DNA of 35,665 bases from Acutalibacteraceae bacterium (GCA_045122755.1 JBGVHY010000091.1:1-35665), one strand, 5' to 3'; counted from the first letter of the stretch, positions 15,454-27,023 are shown. Translations and numbers: made by a program. The notes: a model not told the origin generated them from the letters alone.

Positions 15454-16086
15454 ATGCAGAAAGCTATCATTGGCAAAAAGATTGGCATGACCCAACTTTT
15501 TGACGAAAAGGGAAATGTTGTTCCCGTTACTGTTGTAGAAGCAGGCCCTTGCGTTGTTTCTCAGAAGAAAACCGTTGAAACCGACGGCTACGAAGCAGTA
15601 CAGATCGGTTACGGCGATCTCAAAGCAAGCAAGGTAAACAAGCCTATGAAAGGACACTTTGAGAAAGCAGACGTTGCTCCGAAGAAATATCTCCGCGAGT
15701 TCAGATTAGCTGATATTTCAGCAATCAACGTTGGCGACATCATCAAAGCTGATACTTTCGCAGAAGGCGATAAGGTTGATGTTGTTGGTACTTCAAAAGG
15801 TAAAGGTACCGCAGGCGTTATCAAACGCTGGAACTTCGGCCGTTTGAAAGAATCACACGGTACAGGTCCTGTGCACAGACACGCAGGTTCGCTCGGTGCT
15901 TGTTCATCACCTTCACGTGTATTCAAAGGTAAAAAGTTAGCAGGTCACCTCGGCTCAGAGAGAGTTACAGTTCAGAATCTCGCTGTAGTTAAGGTTGACG
16001 TAGAGAACAACATCATCGCAATTAAGGGTGCAATCCCTGGACCAAAAGGCGGTATCGTTACTATCGCTGATTCGGTTAAGGCTTAA
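15454..16086 (+). CDS. rplC: 50S ribosomal protein L3
   Basis: 210 aa, [20 protein letters not shown]... SD AGGAGG upstream. Confidence 0.97.
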   Translation: MQKAIIGKKIGMTQLFDEKGNVVPVTVVEAGPCVVSQKKTVETDGYEAVQIGYGDLKASKVNKPMKGHFEKADVAPKKYLREFRLADISAINVGDIIKADTFAEGDKVDVVGTSKGKGTAGVIKRWNFGRLKESHGTGPVHRHAGSLGACSSPSRVFKGKKLAGHLGSERVTVQNLAVVKVDVENNIIAIKGAIPGPKGGIVTIADSVKA

Positions 16087-16103
16087 GAAAGGAGAGAAAA
16101 GAT

Positions 16104-16727
16104 ATGCCAACATTAGCAGTTGTAGATATGGCAGGACTTAAGGTTTCTGACATCGAAGTTTCTGATAAAGTATTTGGTATTACACCAAACGCAACAGTTA
16201 TGCATCGTGCAGTTGTAACTTATCTTGCAGCACAGCGTCAGGGCACACAGTCTGCTCTTACTCGTGCAGAGGTTTCCGGTGGCGGTAAAAAGCCTTGGAG
16301 ACAGAAGGGTACAGGCCATGCAAGACAGGGTTCGACACGTGCTCCACAGTGGACACACGGCGGTATCGTATTCGCTCCAAAGCCGCGTGACTATGATAAG
16401 AGCCTCAACAAGAAAGAAAGAGCACTTGCTATTAAATCAGCTCTTTCAGATAAAGTTGCTGAAAAAGCTCTCATCGTTCTCGACAAGATGGATGTAACAG
16501 AATACAAAACAAAAGTTGTTGCTGATATGCTTAAAGCAGTAGGCGCAGGTAAAAAAGCTCTCATCGTTCTCGACGAGAACAATGCTTTTGCAGTAAAGAG
16601 TGCTAACAACATCTGCGGCGTTAAAACAGCACAGACTAACACAATCAACGCTTATGATATTATCAATGCTGATTCATTGATCGTAACATCAGCTGCAATC
16701 AAAGCTATTGACGAGGTGTACGCATAA
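16104..16727 (+). CDS. rplD: 50S ribosomal protein L4
   Basis: 207 aa with GGGKKPWRQKGTGHARQGS motif. Confidence 0.97.
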   Translation: MPTLAVVDMAGLKVSDIEVSDKVFGITPNATVMHRAVVTYLAAQRQGTQSALTRAEVSGGGKKPWRQKGTGHARQGSTRAPQWTHGGIVFAPKPRDYDKSLNKKERALAIKSALSDKVAEKALIVLDKMDVTEYKTKVVADMLKAVGAGKKALIVLDENNAFAVKSANNICGVKTAQTNTINAYDIINADSLIVTSAAIKAIDEVYA

Positions 16728-17020
16728 TGTTCGCTGAGGATATTATTATCGCACCGGTTATCACCGAAAAAAGTATGGCTGCTGCTCGTGAGAAAAAGTA
16801 CACTTTTAAAGTGGCTAAGGGCGCAACTAAAATCGAAATCAAAAAAGCTTGTGAAAAACTTTTTGACGGTATCGTTGTTAAAGATGTTAACACAATCAAC
16901 GTTAGAGGTCAGGAAAGAAGATACGGCAGATACACAGGATACACAGAATCTTGGAAAAAAGCTATCGTAACTCTTACAGAAGCTTCTAAAACAATTGATT
17001 TCTTTGATGGAATGCTCTAA
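16727..17020 (+). CDS. rplW: 50S ribosomal protein L23
   Basis: 97 aa. TAATG overlap with rplD. IIIAPVITEKS motif. Confidence 0.95.
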   Translation: MFAEDIIIAPVITEKSMAAAREKKYTFKVAKGATKIEIKKACEKLFDGIVVKDVNTINVRGQERRYGRYTGYTESWKKAIVTLTEASKTIDFFDGML

Positions 17021-17130
17021 GAGCTAACCCGCTATTCGCAGTAGAATAGCAAAAGCGAAGTATGGGAAACGTGAGGCATTGAAATAAGTCCGTTTCTCGC
17101 AAAGCTAAAATTTACAGGAGAGTGAATATA

Positions 17131-17964
17131 ATGCCAGTTAAACATTATAAACCGACTACCCCAGGTAGACGCGGTATGACAGTTATTGACTATTCTTCAC
17201 TTTCAAAGGTTGCTCCAGAGCGTAGCCTCTTGGCTCCTTTGAACAGTAAGTCAGGCAGAAACAGCTACGGTAGAATTACAGTTCGTCATCGTGGCGGTGC
17301 CAACAGAAGAAAATACAGAATTATTGATTTCAAGAGAAATAAATTTGATGTACCAGCTACTGTACAGACAATCGAATACGATCCAAACAGATCAGCATTC
17401 ATTGCTCTTATTCAGTACGAAGACGGCGAAAAGAGCTACATCTTAGCTCCAGTAGGTCTCAAACCGGGTCATAAAATCGTAAACGGACCTTCAGCTGATA
17501 TCCTTCCGGGTAACGCTTTACCGCTTATTAATATTCCGGTTGGTACATTCATCCACAACATCGAGCTTTACCCAGGTAAAGGCGGTCAGTTAGCAAGAGC
17601 AGCAGGTAACCAGGCTCAGCTTATGGCTAAAGAAAATGGTTATGCACTTCTTCGTTTGCCTTCAGGCGAATTAAGAAATGTTCCTGAAAACTGCATGGCT
17701 ACTGTAGGTCAGGTTTCAAACATTGAACATGAAAACGTTAACTACGGTAAAGCAGGTCGTCGTCGCCACATGGGTTGGAGACCAACAGTTCGTGGTTCTG
17801 TAATGAACCCTTGTGATCACCCACACGGTGGTGGTGAAGGTAAATCACCTATCGGTAGACCGGGTCCTGTTACTCCTTGGGGTAAACCTGCACTCGGACT
17901 TAAAACTCGTAACAAGCATAAAGCGTCTGACAAGCTCATTGTTAAACGCAGAAATGCTAAATAA
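17131..17964 (+). CDS. rplB: 50S ribosomal protein L2
   Basis: Trimmed to the ATG at 17131 ([15 protein letters not shown]). AGGAGA at 17116-17121 would sit directly against the GTG at 17122. HPHGGGEGK motif. Confidence 0.96.
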   Translation: MPVKHYKPTTPGRRGMTVIDYSSLSKVAPERSLLAPLNSKSGRNSYGRITVRHRGGANRRKYRIIDFKRNKFDVPATVQTIEYDPNRSAFIALIQYEDGEKSYILAPVGLKPGHKIVNGPSADILPGNALPLINIPVGTFIHNIELYPGKGGQLARAAGNQAQLMAKENGYALLRLPSGELRNVPENCMATVGQVSNIEHENVNYGKAGRRRHMGWRPTVRGSVMNPCDHPHGGGEGKSPIGRPGPVTPWGKPALGLKTRNKHKASDKLIVKRRNAK

Positions 17965-17987
17965 TCGGACGGAAGGAGCGTTTAATT

Positions 17988-18260
17988 ATGTCAAGAAGTT
18001 TGAAAAAAGGACCTTTCGTGCAGCCTAAGCTTTTAGAAAGAGTAAAGGCAATGAACGAGTCCGGTGAAAAAAGAATCCTCAAAACTTGGAGCCGTTCTTC
18101 AACAATTTTCCCTGATTTTGTAGGACACACATTCGCAGTACATGACGGACGCAAACACGTGCCGGTTTATGTAACAGAAGATATGGTTGGTCACAAACTC
18201 GGTGAGTTTGCTCCTACCAGAACATTTAAGGGCCATGCTGGTTCTAAAACAACAAAATAA
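17988..18260 (+). CDS. rpsS: 30S ribosomal protein S19
   Basis: 90 aa, [11 protein letters not shown]... Confidence 0.97.
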   Translation: MSRSLKKGPFVQPKLLERVKAMNESGEKRILKTWSRSSTIFPDFVGHTFAVHDGRKHVPVYVTEDMVGHKLGEFAPTRTFKGHAGSKTTK

Positions 18261-18282
18261 GAGGCCGAAAGGAGTTTAGATT

Positions 18283-18621
18283 ATGGAAGCAAGGGCAACA
18301 GCGAAATATATTCGCATTTCCCCAAGAAAAGTTCAGATCGTTCTCGATTTGATCAGAAAACAGCCTGCTGATAAAGCTATGGCTATTCTGCGCCATACAC
18401 CTAAGGCCGCTTGTGAGCCTTTGGAAAAATTGCTTAAATCAGCAATGGCTAACGCAGAAAACAATCACAATATGGATGTAAACAACCTCTACGTAGCAGA
18501 GTGTTATGCAGGTGCAGGTCCGATCCTTAAGAGAATTAGACCAAGAGCACACGGCAGAGCATACCATATCTACAAAAGAACATCACACATTACCTTGGTA
18601 CTCAAGGAATATGAAGACTAA
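18283..18621 (+). CDS. rplV: 50S ribosomal protein L22
   Basis: 112 aa, [17 protein letters not shown]... Confidence 0.96.
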   Translation: MEARATAKYIRISPRKVQIVLDLIRKQPADKAMAILRHTPKAACEPLEKLLKSAMANAENNHNMDVNNLYVAECYAGAGPILKRIRPRAHGRAYHIYKRTSHITLVLKEYED

Positions 18622-18639
18622 TAGAAGGAGGTAGAAATA

Positions 18640-19323
18640 ATGGGCCAGAAAGTTAATCCACATGGACTTCGCGTAGGCGTTATCAAAAACTGGAGCAGCC
18701 GTTGGTTTGCTGCTGATAAAGATTTCGGCGATACTTTGGTTGAGGACTACAAATTAAGAAATTATCTTAAAGCTCGTCTTTACAAAGCAGGCGTTCCTAC
18801 AATCGAAATCGAAAGAGATGCTAAACGCGTTAGAATTTTCATTCATTGTGCTAAACCGGGTATGGTTATCGGCCGTAACGGTGCAGAAATTGAAAAATTA
18901 AAAGCAGATTGCCAGAAAATGCTCGGCAAACCTGTTATCATCAACATTGTTGAAGTTAAAAATCCTGACCTTAACGCTCAGTTAGTTGCTGAGAACGTTG
19001 CTTCTCAACTTGAGAACCGTATCTCCTTCCGCCGTGCTTTGAAACAGGCAATGGGCAGAACTATGAAACTTGGTGCTAAAGGTATTAAAACTCAGGTTTC
19101 AGGTCGTTTAGGTGGCGCTGAAATCGCTCGTGCAGAGCATTATCACGAGGGTACAATTCCGCTGCAGACAATTCGTGCAGATATCGACTACGGTTTTGCT
19201 GAGGCTAACACAACCTACGGTAAAATCGGTGTTAAGATCTGGATTTACAGCGGCGAAGTACTCAAGAGTGCTAAGAGAGTTTCTATGGGTAAAAATAACC
19301 GCAGAAAAGGAGGCAGAAAATAA
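18640..19323 (+). CDS. rpsC: 30S ribosomal protein S3
   Basis: 227 aa, [13 protein letters not shown]... Confidence 0.97.
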   Translation: MGQKVNPHGLRVGVIKNWSSRWFAADKDFGDTLVEDYKLRNYLKARLYKAGVPTIEIERDAKRVRIFIHCAKPGMVIGRNGAEIEKLKADCQKMLGKPVIINIVEVKNPDLNAQLVAENVASQLENRISFRRALKQAMGRTMKLGAKGIKTQVSGRLGGAEIARAEHYHEGTIPLQTIRADIDYGFAEANTTYGKIGVKIWIYSGEVLKSAKRVSMGKNNRRKGGRK

Positions 19324-19745
19324 TGTTAATGCCAAAGCGTGTTAAATTCCGTAGAGTTCAGCGCGGTCGTATGAAGGGTAAAGCTACCCGCGGCAATACT
19401 GTAACTTACGGTAAGTTCGGCCTCCAGGCTTTGGAGCCGGCATGGATTACTGCTAATCAGATTGAAGCAGCCCGTATCGCTATGACACGTTACATCAAAC
19501 GTGGCGGTCAGGTATGGATCAAAATATTCCCGGATAAACCGATTACTGAGAAACCGGCTGAAACCCGAATGGGTAAAGGTAAAGGTTCACCTGAGTACTG
19601 GGTTGCAGTTGTAAAACCGGGCAGAGTTATGTTTGAAATCGGAGGCGTTTCAGAAGAGCTTGCAAGAGAAGCTATGCGTCTTGCTATGCACAAACTCCCG
19701 ATCAAATGTAAATTTGTAGTTAAGGAAGAGGACGGTGAGCAATAA
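19323..19745 (+). CDS. rplP: 50S ribosomal protein L16
   Basis: 140 aa, [11 protein letters not shown]... TAATG overlap with rpsC. Confidence 0.96.
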   Translation: MLMPKRVKFRRVQRGRMKGKATRGNTVTYGKFGLQALEPAWITANQIEAARIAMTRYIKRGGQVWIKIFPDKPITEKPAETRMGKGKGSPEYWVAVVKPGRVMFEIGGVSEELAREAMRLAMHKLPIKCKFVVKEEDGEQ

Positions 19746-19945
19746 TGAAGGCAAGCGAATTAAGAGAAATGACAGTTGCAGAGCTTAACGAAAAGTTAGC
19801 TGATCTTAAAAAAGAACTTTTTAACCTTCGTTTTCAGCTCGCTGTAAACCAGCTCGAAAATCCTATGCGTATAAAAGCTGTTAAAAAAGACATTGCTCGT
19901 ATCAACACAGTTATCACAGCAAAAAGTCTTGAAGAAAAGGCATAA
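19745..19945 (+). CDS. rpmC: 50S ribosomal protein L29
   Basis: 66 aa. [26 protein letters not shown]. Confidence 0.95.
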   Translation: MKASELREMTVAELNEKLADLKKELFNLRFQLAVNQLENPMRIKAVKKDIARINTVITAKSLEEKA

Positions 19946-19959
19946 GGAGGAAATAACTG

Positions 19960-20214
19960 ATGGAAAGAAATCTTAGAAAAACCAGAGTTGGTAAAGTAGT
20001 TAGCGATAAGATGGATAAAACTATCGTAGTTGCTATTGAAGATAATGTAAAACACAAACTTTACAATAAAATCGTAAAGAAAACAGTTAAGCTTAAAGCT
20101 CATGATGAAAACAACACCGCTGGCATCGGCGACAGAGTTCTTGTTATGGAAACAAGACCTCTTTCAAAAGATAAGAGATGGCGCTTGGTAGAAATCATCG
20201 AGAAAGCTAAATAA
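19960..20214 (+). CDS. rpsQ: 30S ribosomal protein S17
   Basis: 84 aa. [19 protein letters not shown]. Confidence 0.96.
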   Translation: MERNLRKTRVGKVVSDKMDKTIVVAIEDNVKHKLYNKIVKKTVKLKAHDENNTAGIGDRVLVMETRPLSKDKRWRLVEIIEKAK

Positions 20215-20229
20215 GAAGGAGGAACCACT

Positions 20230-20598
20230 GTGATACAGCAACAGAGTTATCTTAAGGTAGCTGACAATACCGGTGCTAAAGAATTAATGTGTATCCGTGT
20301 ATTAGGTGGCTCAGGCAGAAGATATGCTAACATTGGTGACGTTGTGGTTGCTTCTGTTAAGAAAGCAGCTCCAGGCGGCACTGTTAAAAAAGGCGATGTT
20401 GTAAAAGCTGTCGTTGTTCGTTCAGTTAAAGGACTTCGCCGTGAAGATGGCACATACATCAGATTTGATGAAAATGCTGCCGTTATCATCAGAGAAGATA
20501 AAACCCCGAGAGGCACCCGTATCTTTGGACCGGTTGCCAGAGAGCTTCGTGATAAAGATTATATGAGAATCTTGTCACTCGCTCCGGAAGTACTTTAA
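20230..20598 (+). CDS. rplN: 50S ribosomal protein L14
   Basis: 122 aa, GTG start. [17 protein letters not shown]. Confidence 0.96.
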   Translation: MIQQQSYLKVADNTGAKELMCIRVLGGSGRRYANIGDVVVASVKKAAPGGTVKKGDVVKAVVVRSVKGLRREDGTYIRFDENAAVIIREDKTPRGTRIFGPVARELRDKDYMRILSLAPEVL

Positions 20599-20612
20599 GG
20601 AGGGGCTTGTAA

Positions 20613-20933
20613 ATGAGTAAGATTCACGTTAAAACCGGTGATGAAGTTATCATCATTTCAGGTAAAGATAAAGGCAAAACAGGTAAAGTTCTCGCTGTAA
20701 GCCCTGAGGAAGGCAAAGTTATCGTTGAGAAATGCAACATGGTAACTAAGCACGTTAAACCTCGTAAAGCAGGCGATCCGTCAGGTATCGTTAAGGCTGA
20801 AGGTGCTTTATATGCTTGTAAAGTACAGCCTGTATGTCCTAAGTGCAAAAAACAGACAAGAGTTGCACACAAATTTGAAAGCGACGGAAAGAAAATCCGC
20901 GTTTGCGCTAAATGCGGCGCTGAACTTAAATAA
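20613..20933 (+). CDS. rplX: 50S ribosomal protein L24 (with CxxC...CxxC C-terminal motif)
   Basis: 106 aa. KOW region VKTGDEVIIISGKDKGKTGKV. C-terminal CPKC...CAKC. Confidence 0.95.
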   Translation: MSKIHVKTGDEVIIISGKDKGKTGKVLAVSPEEGKVIVEKCNMVTKHVKPRKAGDPSGIVKAEGALYACKVQPVCPKCKKQTRVAHKFESDGKKIRVCAKCGAELK

Positions 20934-20949
20934 GGAGGAGTAAATTATT

Positions 20950-21489
20950 ATGTCAAGATTTAAAGATTTGTATAAAAATGACGTTGCTCCTGCTTTAATG
21001 AAAAAGTTCGAGTACAAAAGCGTTATGCAGATTCCTAAGATTGATAAAGTTGTTATCAATGTAGGTGCCGGCGAAGCTAAAGATAACTCAAAAGTTATCG
21101 ATTCTATCGCAAATGACCTCGCTATTATTACAGGTCAGAAACCGGTTGTATGCCGTGCTAAAAAATCAGTAGCGAACTTCAAACTTCGTGAAGGTATGCC
21201 AATCGGTGTTAAAGTTACACTCAGAGGCGAGAAAATGTATGAGTTTATTGACAGACTCTTCTCACTCGCACTTCCACGTGTACGTGACTTCAGAGGAATT
21301 AATCCTAATTCTTTCGACGGCCGCGGCAATTACAGCATGGGCGTTAAAGAGCAGCTTATTTTCCCTGAAATCGAATATGACAAAATCGACAAAGTTCGCG
21401 GTATGGATATCACATTTATCACTACTGCAAATACAGACGAAGAAGCTAGAGAGTTATTAACTCTTATGGGCGCTCCGTTTGCGAAATAA
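20950..21489 (+). CDS. rplE: 50S ribosomal protein L5
   Basis: 179 aa. [20 protein letters not shown]. Confidence 0.96.
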   Translation: MSRFKDLYKNDVAPALMKKFEYKSVMQIPKIDKVVINVGAGEAKDNSKVIDSIANDLAIITGQKPVVCRAKKSVANFKLREGMPIGVKVTLRGEKMYEFIDRLFSLALPRVRDFRGINPNSFDGRGNYSMGVKEQLIFPEIEYDKIDKVRGMDITFITTANTDEEARELLTLMGAPFAK

Positions 21490-21504
21490 GGAGGAGGATT
21501 TATT

Positions 21505-21690
21505 ATGGCTAAAACATCTATGAAAGTTAAGCAGCAGAGAACCCCTAAATTCTCAACTCGCGCTTATAACAGATGTAAAATCTGTGGTAGACCACACGCT
21601 TATCTCCGCAAATACGGAATCTGTCGTATCTGTTTCAGAGAACTCGCTTACAAAGGCGAAATCCCAGGCGTAAAGAAGGCAAGCTGGTAA
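21505..21690 (+). CDS. rpsZ: 30S ribosomal protein S14 type Z (zinc-binding short form)
   Basis: 61 aa. [20 protein letters not shown], ending in W. Confidence 0.95.
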   Translation: MAKTSMKVKQQRTPKFSTRAYNRCKICGRPHAYLRKYGICRICFRELAYKGEIPGVKKASW

Positions 21691-21722
21691 TCGGCTGTTA
21701 TTGAATAAAGGAGGTTTATGGC

Positions 21723-22121
21723 ATGCAAGTAACCGATATTATCGCTGATATGCTTACAAGAATCCGTAACGCAAGCTCAGCAAAACATGATTCGGTTGAC
21801 GTACCTGCTTCAAACATGAAGAAAGCAATCGCTCAGATTCTTGTTGATGAAGGTTATGTTAAGAGTTTTTCCGTAGTTGATGACGGAAAACAGGGTATCA
21901 TTCGTATCCAGTTAAAATACGGCGCAAACAAGACCCCTGTTATCCAGGGCTTACGCAGAGTTTCAAAACCTGGTTTGCGTATATATACAGGCGTAGAAGA
22001 TATGCCACAGGTTATGAGAGGACTTGGTATTGCAATCCTTTCAACATCTAAAGGTATTATGACAGATAAGCAGGCACGCCGTGAGAACATCGGCGGCGAA
22101 GTCCTCGCTTTCGTATGGTAA
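21723..22121 (+). CDS. rpsH: 30S ribosomal protein S8
   Basis: 132 aa. [13 protein letters not shown]. Confidence 0.96.
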   Translation: MQVTDIIADMLTRIRNASSAKHDSVDVPASNMKKAIAQILVDEGYVKSFSVVDDGKQGIIRIQLKYGANKTPVIQGLRRVSKPGLRIYTGVEDMPQVMRGLGIAILSTSKGIMTDKQARRENIGGEVLAFVW

Positions 22122-22135
22122 GGAGGTAATGGAAG

Positions 22136-22681
22136 ATGTCACGTATTGGTAAGAAACCAATCGCTATTCCGGCTGGAGTAGAAGTTAAATTGGATGGCAA
22201 TTCCGTTACAGTTAAAGGACCTAAAGGTACCCTTACCCAGGAATTCAATCCTAATATGGAAATCAAAGTTGAGGGTAATGAAATCACAGTTGCTCGTCCT
22301 AACGATGAGAAAGAAAACCGTGCACTTCACGGCTTAACTCGTTCATTACTCGCTAACATGGTTGAAGGCGTTAATAACGGCTTCAAAAAAGTTCTCGATG
22401 TAAACGGTGTTGGTTACCGTGTTCAGAAACAGGGTAAACAGTTAGTTATGAACCTCGGTTTCTCACATCAGGTAATAATGGAAGAAATCGATGGCATCAC
22501 AATCGAGTGCCCAAGTGCTAACCAGATCGTTATCAGCGGTCCTGACAAACAGAAAGTTGGTCAGTTCGCAGCTGAAGTAAGAGAAAAAAGACCGCCTGAG
22601 CCGTATAAAGGCAAAGGTATCAAATATGCCGACGAAGTTATCCGCCGTAAGGAAGGTAAAGCCGGCAAAGGTGCAGGTTGA
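22136..22681 (+). CDS. rplF: 50S ribosomal protein L6
   Basis: 181 aa. [15 protein letters not shown]. Confidence 0.96.
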   Translation: MSRIGKKPIAIPAGVEVKLDGNSVTVKGPKGTLTQEFNPNMEIKVEGNEITVARPNDEKENRALHGLTRSLLANMVEGVNNGFKKVLDVNGVGYRVQKQGKQLVMNLGFSHQVIMEEIDGITIECPSANQIVISGPDKQKVGQFAAEVREKRPPEPYKGKGIKYADEVIRRKEGKAGKGAG

Positions 22682-22699
22682 TAAGGGAGGAGTGAAATT

Positions 22700-23059
22700 A
22701 TGGTTAACAGACCAGATAGCAAAGCAGCTCGTCAGAGAAGACATAAGAGAGTCCGTGGTAAGATTTCAGGCACAGCTAGTTGCCCGCGTCTTAGCGTATT
22801 CCGTTCACTCTCAAACATTTACGCACAGGTGATTGATGATTCAACCGGCAAAACTATTGTTTCTGCTTCAACTGTTGAAAAAGATTTCGCAGGTAACGGC
22901 GGTAACAAAGAAGCAGCTCGTAAGGTTGGTCAGACTGTTGCAGAGCGTGCTGTAAAAGCAGGAATTACCGAGGTTGTTTTTGACCGCGGAGGAAATATCT
23001 ATCACGGCCGTGTTAAAGAATTGGCCGAAGGCGCTCGTGAGGGCGGCCTCAAGTTCTAA
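22700..23059 (+). CDS. rplR: 50S ribosomal protein L18
   Basis: 119 aa. [24 protein letters not shown]. Confidence 0.96.
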   Translation: MVNRPDSKAARQRRHKRVRGKISGTASCPRLSVFRSLSNIYAQVIDDSTGKTIVSASTVEKDFAGNGGNKEAARKVGQTVAERAVKAGITEVVFDRGGNIYHGRVKELAEGAREGGLKF

Positions 23060-23076
23060 TAAGGAGGAGAAAAACT

Positions 23077-23577
23077 TTGGCTAATATTGACGCATCTGTA
23101 CTTGATTTACAGGAAAGAGTAGTTGCCATTAACCGTGTATCAAAAACGGTTAAAGGTGGCCGTATTATGAAATTCTCAGCCCTCGTGGTTGTTGGTGACG
23201 GCAACGGTATCGTTGGTTTCGGTATCGGTAAAGCCGCTGAGGTTCCGGAAGCAATCCGTAAAGGTATTGAAGACGCTAAAAAGAACCTCATCAAAGTAGC
23301 CCTCAAAGGAACAACAATTCCTCATGAGGTAATCGGTGCATACGGCGCAGGTCGAGTTCTTATGAAACCTGCTGCAACAGGTACCGGTGTTATCGCGGGT
23401 GGTCCTGCTCGTGCTGTTATCGAAACAGTAGGTATCAAGGATATCCGTACAAAAGCATTGCGTTCAAACAATCCTTGCAACGTCGTTCGTGCTACAATTC
23501 AGGGTCTTGCTTCACTCAGAAGCGCTGAAGAAGTTGCAGCAATCCGCGGCAAGTCAGTAAAAGAAATTTTAGGTTAA
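23077..23577 (+). CDS. rpsE: 30S ribosomal protein S5
   Basis: 166 aa, TTG start 8 nt after [23 protein letters not shown]. Confidence 0.95.
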   Translation: MANIDASVLDLQERVVAINRVSKTVKGGRIMKFSALVVVGDGNGIVGFGIGKAAEVPEAIRKGIEDAKKNLIKVALKGTTIPHEVIGAYGAGRVLMKPAATGTGVIAGGPARAVIETVGIKDIRTKALRSNNPCNVVRATIQGLASLRSAEEVAAIRGKSVKEILG

Positions 23578-23592
23578 TAAGGAGGCAGCAAA

Positions 23593-23790
23593 ATGGCTAC
23601 TAAAAAGACAAAGGCTGCAGGCCTTACAATCACTTTAAAGAAAAGTCTGATCGGTTGCAAAGAAAAACAGATCGCTACAGCAATTTCACTTGGTCTTAAA
23701 AAGCCGGGCGACTCAACAGTTCAGCCTGACAATGCTCAGACTAAAGGTAAAATCGCTAAAATATCCCACCTCGTAGAGGTAACTGAATAA
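23593..23790 (+). CDS. rpmD: 50S ribosomal protein L30
   Basis: 65 aa. LTITLKKSLIGCKEKQIATAISLGLKK. Canonical position between rpsE and rplO. Confidence 0.9.
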   Translation: MATKKTKAAGLTITLKKSLIGCKEKQIATAISLGLKKPGDSTVQPDNAQTKGKIAKISHLVEVTE

Positions 23791-23809
23791 CTAAGGAGGT
23801 GCGACAAAA

Positions 23810-24250
23810 ATGAAACTTCATGATTTAGCTCCGGCTCAGGGTTCTGTTAAAGAATCAAAGAGAATCGGTAGAGGTGCTGCTTCAGGACAGGGCAAAACTG
23901 CAGGCAAAGGTCATAAAGGTCAGAAAGCCCGTTCAGGCGGCGGAGTTCGTCCAGGCTTCGAAGGTGGTCAGATGCCACTCGCTAGACGAGTTCCTAAGAG
24001 AGGTTTTAACAACATTTTCGCAAAGAAAATCGTTGCTATTAATTTATCAGCGCTTAACGCTTTTGAAGATGGCGCAGTTGTAAACGCTGATGCTTTAATC
24101 GAAAAAGGTATCATCAAAAAAGCTTATGACGGTGTTAAAGTTTTAGGCAATGGTAAAATTGAAAAGAAATTAACCGTACAGGCAACTGCTTTTTCAGCTT
24201 CTGCTAAGGAAGCAATCGAAGCAGCAGGAGGAAAGGCAGAGGAGGTTTAA
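23810..24250 (+). CDS. rplO: 50S ribosomal protein L15
   Basis: 146 aa. [36 protein letters not shown]. Confidence 0.96.
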   Translation: MKLHDLAPAQGSVKESKRIGRGAASGQGKTAGKGHKGQKARSGGGVRPGFEGGQMPLARRVPKRGFNNIFAKKIVAINLSALNAFEDGAVVNADALIEKGIIKKAYDGVKVLGNGKIEKKLTVQATAFSASAKEAIEAAGGKAEEV

Positions 24251-24253
24251 ACT

Positions 24254-25567
24254 ATGTTTGAAACACTTCGTAATGCCTGGAGAGTAAAGGAAATTCGTCA
24301 GAAGATTCTTTACACTCTTATGATTGTTCTGGTTTTTAGAATCGGTTCATATCTTCCTGTACCGTTTATCGACGTAGAAGCACTTAAGGGTGTTATTTCA
24401 GGAAGCGGCGCATTCTTCAACTACCTCAATGTATTGACCGGTGGTGCTATGGAATACGGTGCGCTCTTCGCAATGTCTATCACACCTTACATCAACGCTT
24501 CAATTATCATGCAGCTTCTTACTGTTGCTATTCCGCCGCTTGAGAGATTAGCTCAGGAAGGTCAGGAAGGTCAGAAGAAGATTGCTAAGTACACACGTTT
24601 TGCTACAGTTATCCTCGGTCTTATCCAGGGTACAGCTTTCTGGTGGTGGCTCTTCGCTTCAAATCCGGAAAGCAGCACAGCTACAAGCTACATCATGGCT
24701 GAGACTGGCTTTGAAAAAGTATTCTCAGCTATCGTAATCATTCTTTGCTTTACCGCTGGTTCAGCATTGATGATGTGGCTCGGTGAAAGAATAGATGAAA
24801 AAGGTATTGGCAACGGTATCTCAATTCTTCTCTTCGCCGGTATCATTTCAAGATTACCTTCAGGTATTCAGACTCTTTACACTTACCTTACACAGGGTAA
24901 ATGGATTGAGGTTCTCGTAGTTCTCGTTATTCTTATTGCAGTTATTCTGTTTATCGTTTGGATGCAGTTTGCTGAAAGAAGAATTCCGATTCAGTATGCA
25001 AAACGAGTTGTCGGCAGAAAACAGTATGGCGGACAGAACTCACATATGCCTATCAAGGTTAATATGTCAGGCGTTTTGCCTATTATCTTTGCAAGTTCAA
25101 TCCTTATGATTCCTCAGCAGGTTCTTACATTTATGAATCCTAATACAGCTGAGGCAGCTCAAAGCACTTGGTACAGAGTTTTAACTCTCCTTGACTATCA
25201 GAGCTGGACTTATGCAATTATTTACTTCGGTTTAATTATCGCTTTTGCTTATTTCTATACATCAATTCAGTACAATCCTGTTGAGATGGCAAACAACTTA
25301 AGAAAGAACAACGGTGCAATTCCGGGTATCCGTCCGGGTAAACCAACACAGACATTCATCAAGAATATCTTGTCAAGAATTACTCTTATCGGTGCTATCT
25401 TCCTTGGTATAATTGCTGTTCTCCCGATTATCATCGGTCAGTTTGTAAATATTGATGTTTCACTCGGCGGTACTTCAATGCTTATCGTAGTAGGTGTTGC
25501 TATTGACACCGTTCAGTCACTCGAATCTCAGATGATGATGCGTCATTACAAAGGATTCCTTGACTAA
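24254..25567 (+). CDS. secY: Preprotein translocase subunit SecY
   Basis: 437 aa, multi-pass membrane protein. FAMSITPYINASIIMQLL. Canonical position. Confidence 0.97.
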   Translation: MFETLRNAWRVKEIRQKILYTLMIVLVFRIGSYLPVPFIDVEALKGVISGSGAFFNYLNVLTGGAMEYGALFAMSITPYINASIIMQLLTVAIPPLERLAQEGQEGQKKIAKYTRFATVILGLIQGTAFWWWLFASNPESSTATSYIMAETGFEKVFSAIVIILCFTAGSALMMWLGERIDEKGIGNGISILLFAGIISRLPSGIQTLYTYLTQGKWIEVLVVLVILIAVILFIVWMQFAERRIPIQYAKRVVGRKQYGGQNSHMPIKVNMSGVLPIIFASSILMIPQQVLTFMNPNTAEAAQSTWYRVLTLLDYQSWTYAIIYFGLIIAFAYFYTSIQYNPVEMANNLRKNNGAIPGIRPGKPTQTFIKNILSRITLIGAIFLGIIAVLPIIIGQFVNIDVSLGGTSMLIVVGVAIDTVQSLESQMMMRHYKGFLD

Positions 25568-25603
25568 GCATTAACGCCTTAATATAGAAAGGTGGTAAAA
25601 GTT

Positions 25604-26236
25604 ATGAATTTAATTTTTCTCGGAGCTCCTGGTGCCGGTAAAGGCACTCAGGCTGAAAAAGTAAGCGAAAAGTTAGGTATTCCTACAATTTCAACAGGTA
25701 ATATCATTCGCGAAGCTTTGAAAAATGAAACCGAGATGGGACTTAAAGCTAAGTCTTTCATCGAATCAGGTAAATTAGTTCCTGATGAAGTTGTTATCGG
25801 TATCATCAAAGACCGTTTGGCTGAAGATGATTGTCAGAATGGTTTTATTCTTGACGGTTTCCCGAGAACAATTCCACAGGCTGAGGCACTTGATGCAATG
25901 GGTATCAAAATCGACAAGGTTATCGACATCGAAGTTGCTGATGAAAAAATCGTTCAGCGTATGTCAGGTCGTCGAGTTTGCCCAGATTGCGGTGCTTCTT
26001 ACCATACAGAATATAAGAAACCTCAGAAAGACGGCATCTGTAATGCTTGCGGTGCTGAGCTTGTAATCCGCAAGGATGATAAGCCGGAAGTTGTTCTTGA
26101 CAGACTTAACGTTTATCATGAGCAGACTGAGCCGCTTAAAGATTACTATGCAGCTAAGGGTGTCTTAAAAGAAGTTGAAGGTCAGGAAGAAGTTGCAGAT
26201 ACAACTGCATTGACCTTTAAAGCTTTGGAGGATTAA
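25604..26236 (+). CDS. adk: Adenylate kinase (Cys4 zinc lid)
   Basis: Trimmed to the ATG at 25604 (MNLIFLGAPGAGKGTQ). Lid CPDCG...CNACG. Confidence 0.96.
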   Translation: MNLIFLGAPGAGKGTQAEKVSEKLGIPTISTGNIIREALKNETEMGLKAKSFIESGKLVPDEVVIGIIKDRLAEDDCQNGFILDGFPRTIPQAEALDAMGIKIDKVIDIEVADEKIVQRMSGRRVCPDCGASYHTEYKKPQKDGICNACGAELVIRKDDKPEVVLDRLNVYHEQTEPLKDYYAAKGVLKEVEGQEEVADTTALTFKALED

Positions 26237-26238
26237 GC

Positions 26239-27006
26239 ATGGTAGTGCTCAAAACATCCCGTGAGATTGAACTCATGAGGGAAGCCGGAAGAATTTCGGC
26301 TATGGCACTGCGTCTTGTAGGAGAACATGTAAAACCCGGCGTTTCCACTTACGAGTTGGATAAAATCGCTTATGACTATATAATAAGTCAGAATGCCAAG
26401 CCGGGCTTCCTTAACTATAACGGTTTTCCTGCAAGTGCATGCATTTCCATAAATAATCAAGTTATCCACGGCATACCTGATAAAAAAACAATACTTAAAT
26501 CCGGCGACATTGTGAGCGTCGATTTGGGTGCGGTTTACGAAGGGTATAACGGCGATAATGCTGCCACATTTGCTTGCGGGGATGTTTCACCCGAAGCAGA
26601 GCGGCTGATGGAAGTAACCAAGCAGAGCCTTTACGAAGGCATCAAAAAGGCACTTCCCGGCGGCAGACTCGGCGATATATCTTCTGCAATTCAGGAATAT
26701 GTTGAGTCGCGCGGTTACTCGGTGGTACGAGAATTTGTGGGACATGGAGTAGGCGCAAGACTGCACGAAGACCCTGAAGTTCCGAATTTCGGAAAAGCGG
26801 GTCATGGTGTACGATTAGTACCGGGCATGACATTAGCTATTGAGCCTATGATAAATGTAGGCAAACCCGGTGTCAGAACGCTGTCAGATGGTTGGACTGT
26901 GGTAACGCAGGACGGCAGTCTCTCAGCACATTTTGAACACAGTATTGCAATTACAAAAAACGGTCCGATTATTTTAACGGATGCAGATTATTGTAAAGAA
27001 AATTAA
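26239..27006 (+). CDS. map: Type I methionine aminopeptidase
   Basis: 255 aa. Metal-ligand context [34 protein letters not shown]. Confidence 0.96.
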   Translation: MVVLKTSREIELMREAGRISAMALRLVGEHVKPGVSTYELDKIAYDYIISQNAKPGFLNYNGFPASACISINNQVIHGIPDKKTILKSGDIVSVDLGAVYEGYNGDNAATFACGDVSPEAERLMEVTKQSLYEGIKKALPGGRLGDISSAIQEYVESRGYSVVREFVGHGVGARLHEDPEVPNFGKAGHGVRLVPGMTLAIEPMINVGKPGVRTLSDGWTVVTQDGSLSAHFEHSIAITKNGPIILTDADYCKEN

Positions 27007-27023
27007 AAGGGGAGGTTAAGGTT

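Noticed and set aside
17122-17130. GTG start adding MNI to L2, and likewise GTG at 25592 adding MVKV to Adk and TTG at 7956 adding MIGGII to the kinase
   Set aside because: In each case the downstream ATG has a correctly spaced SD and yields the canonical conserved N-terminus.
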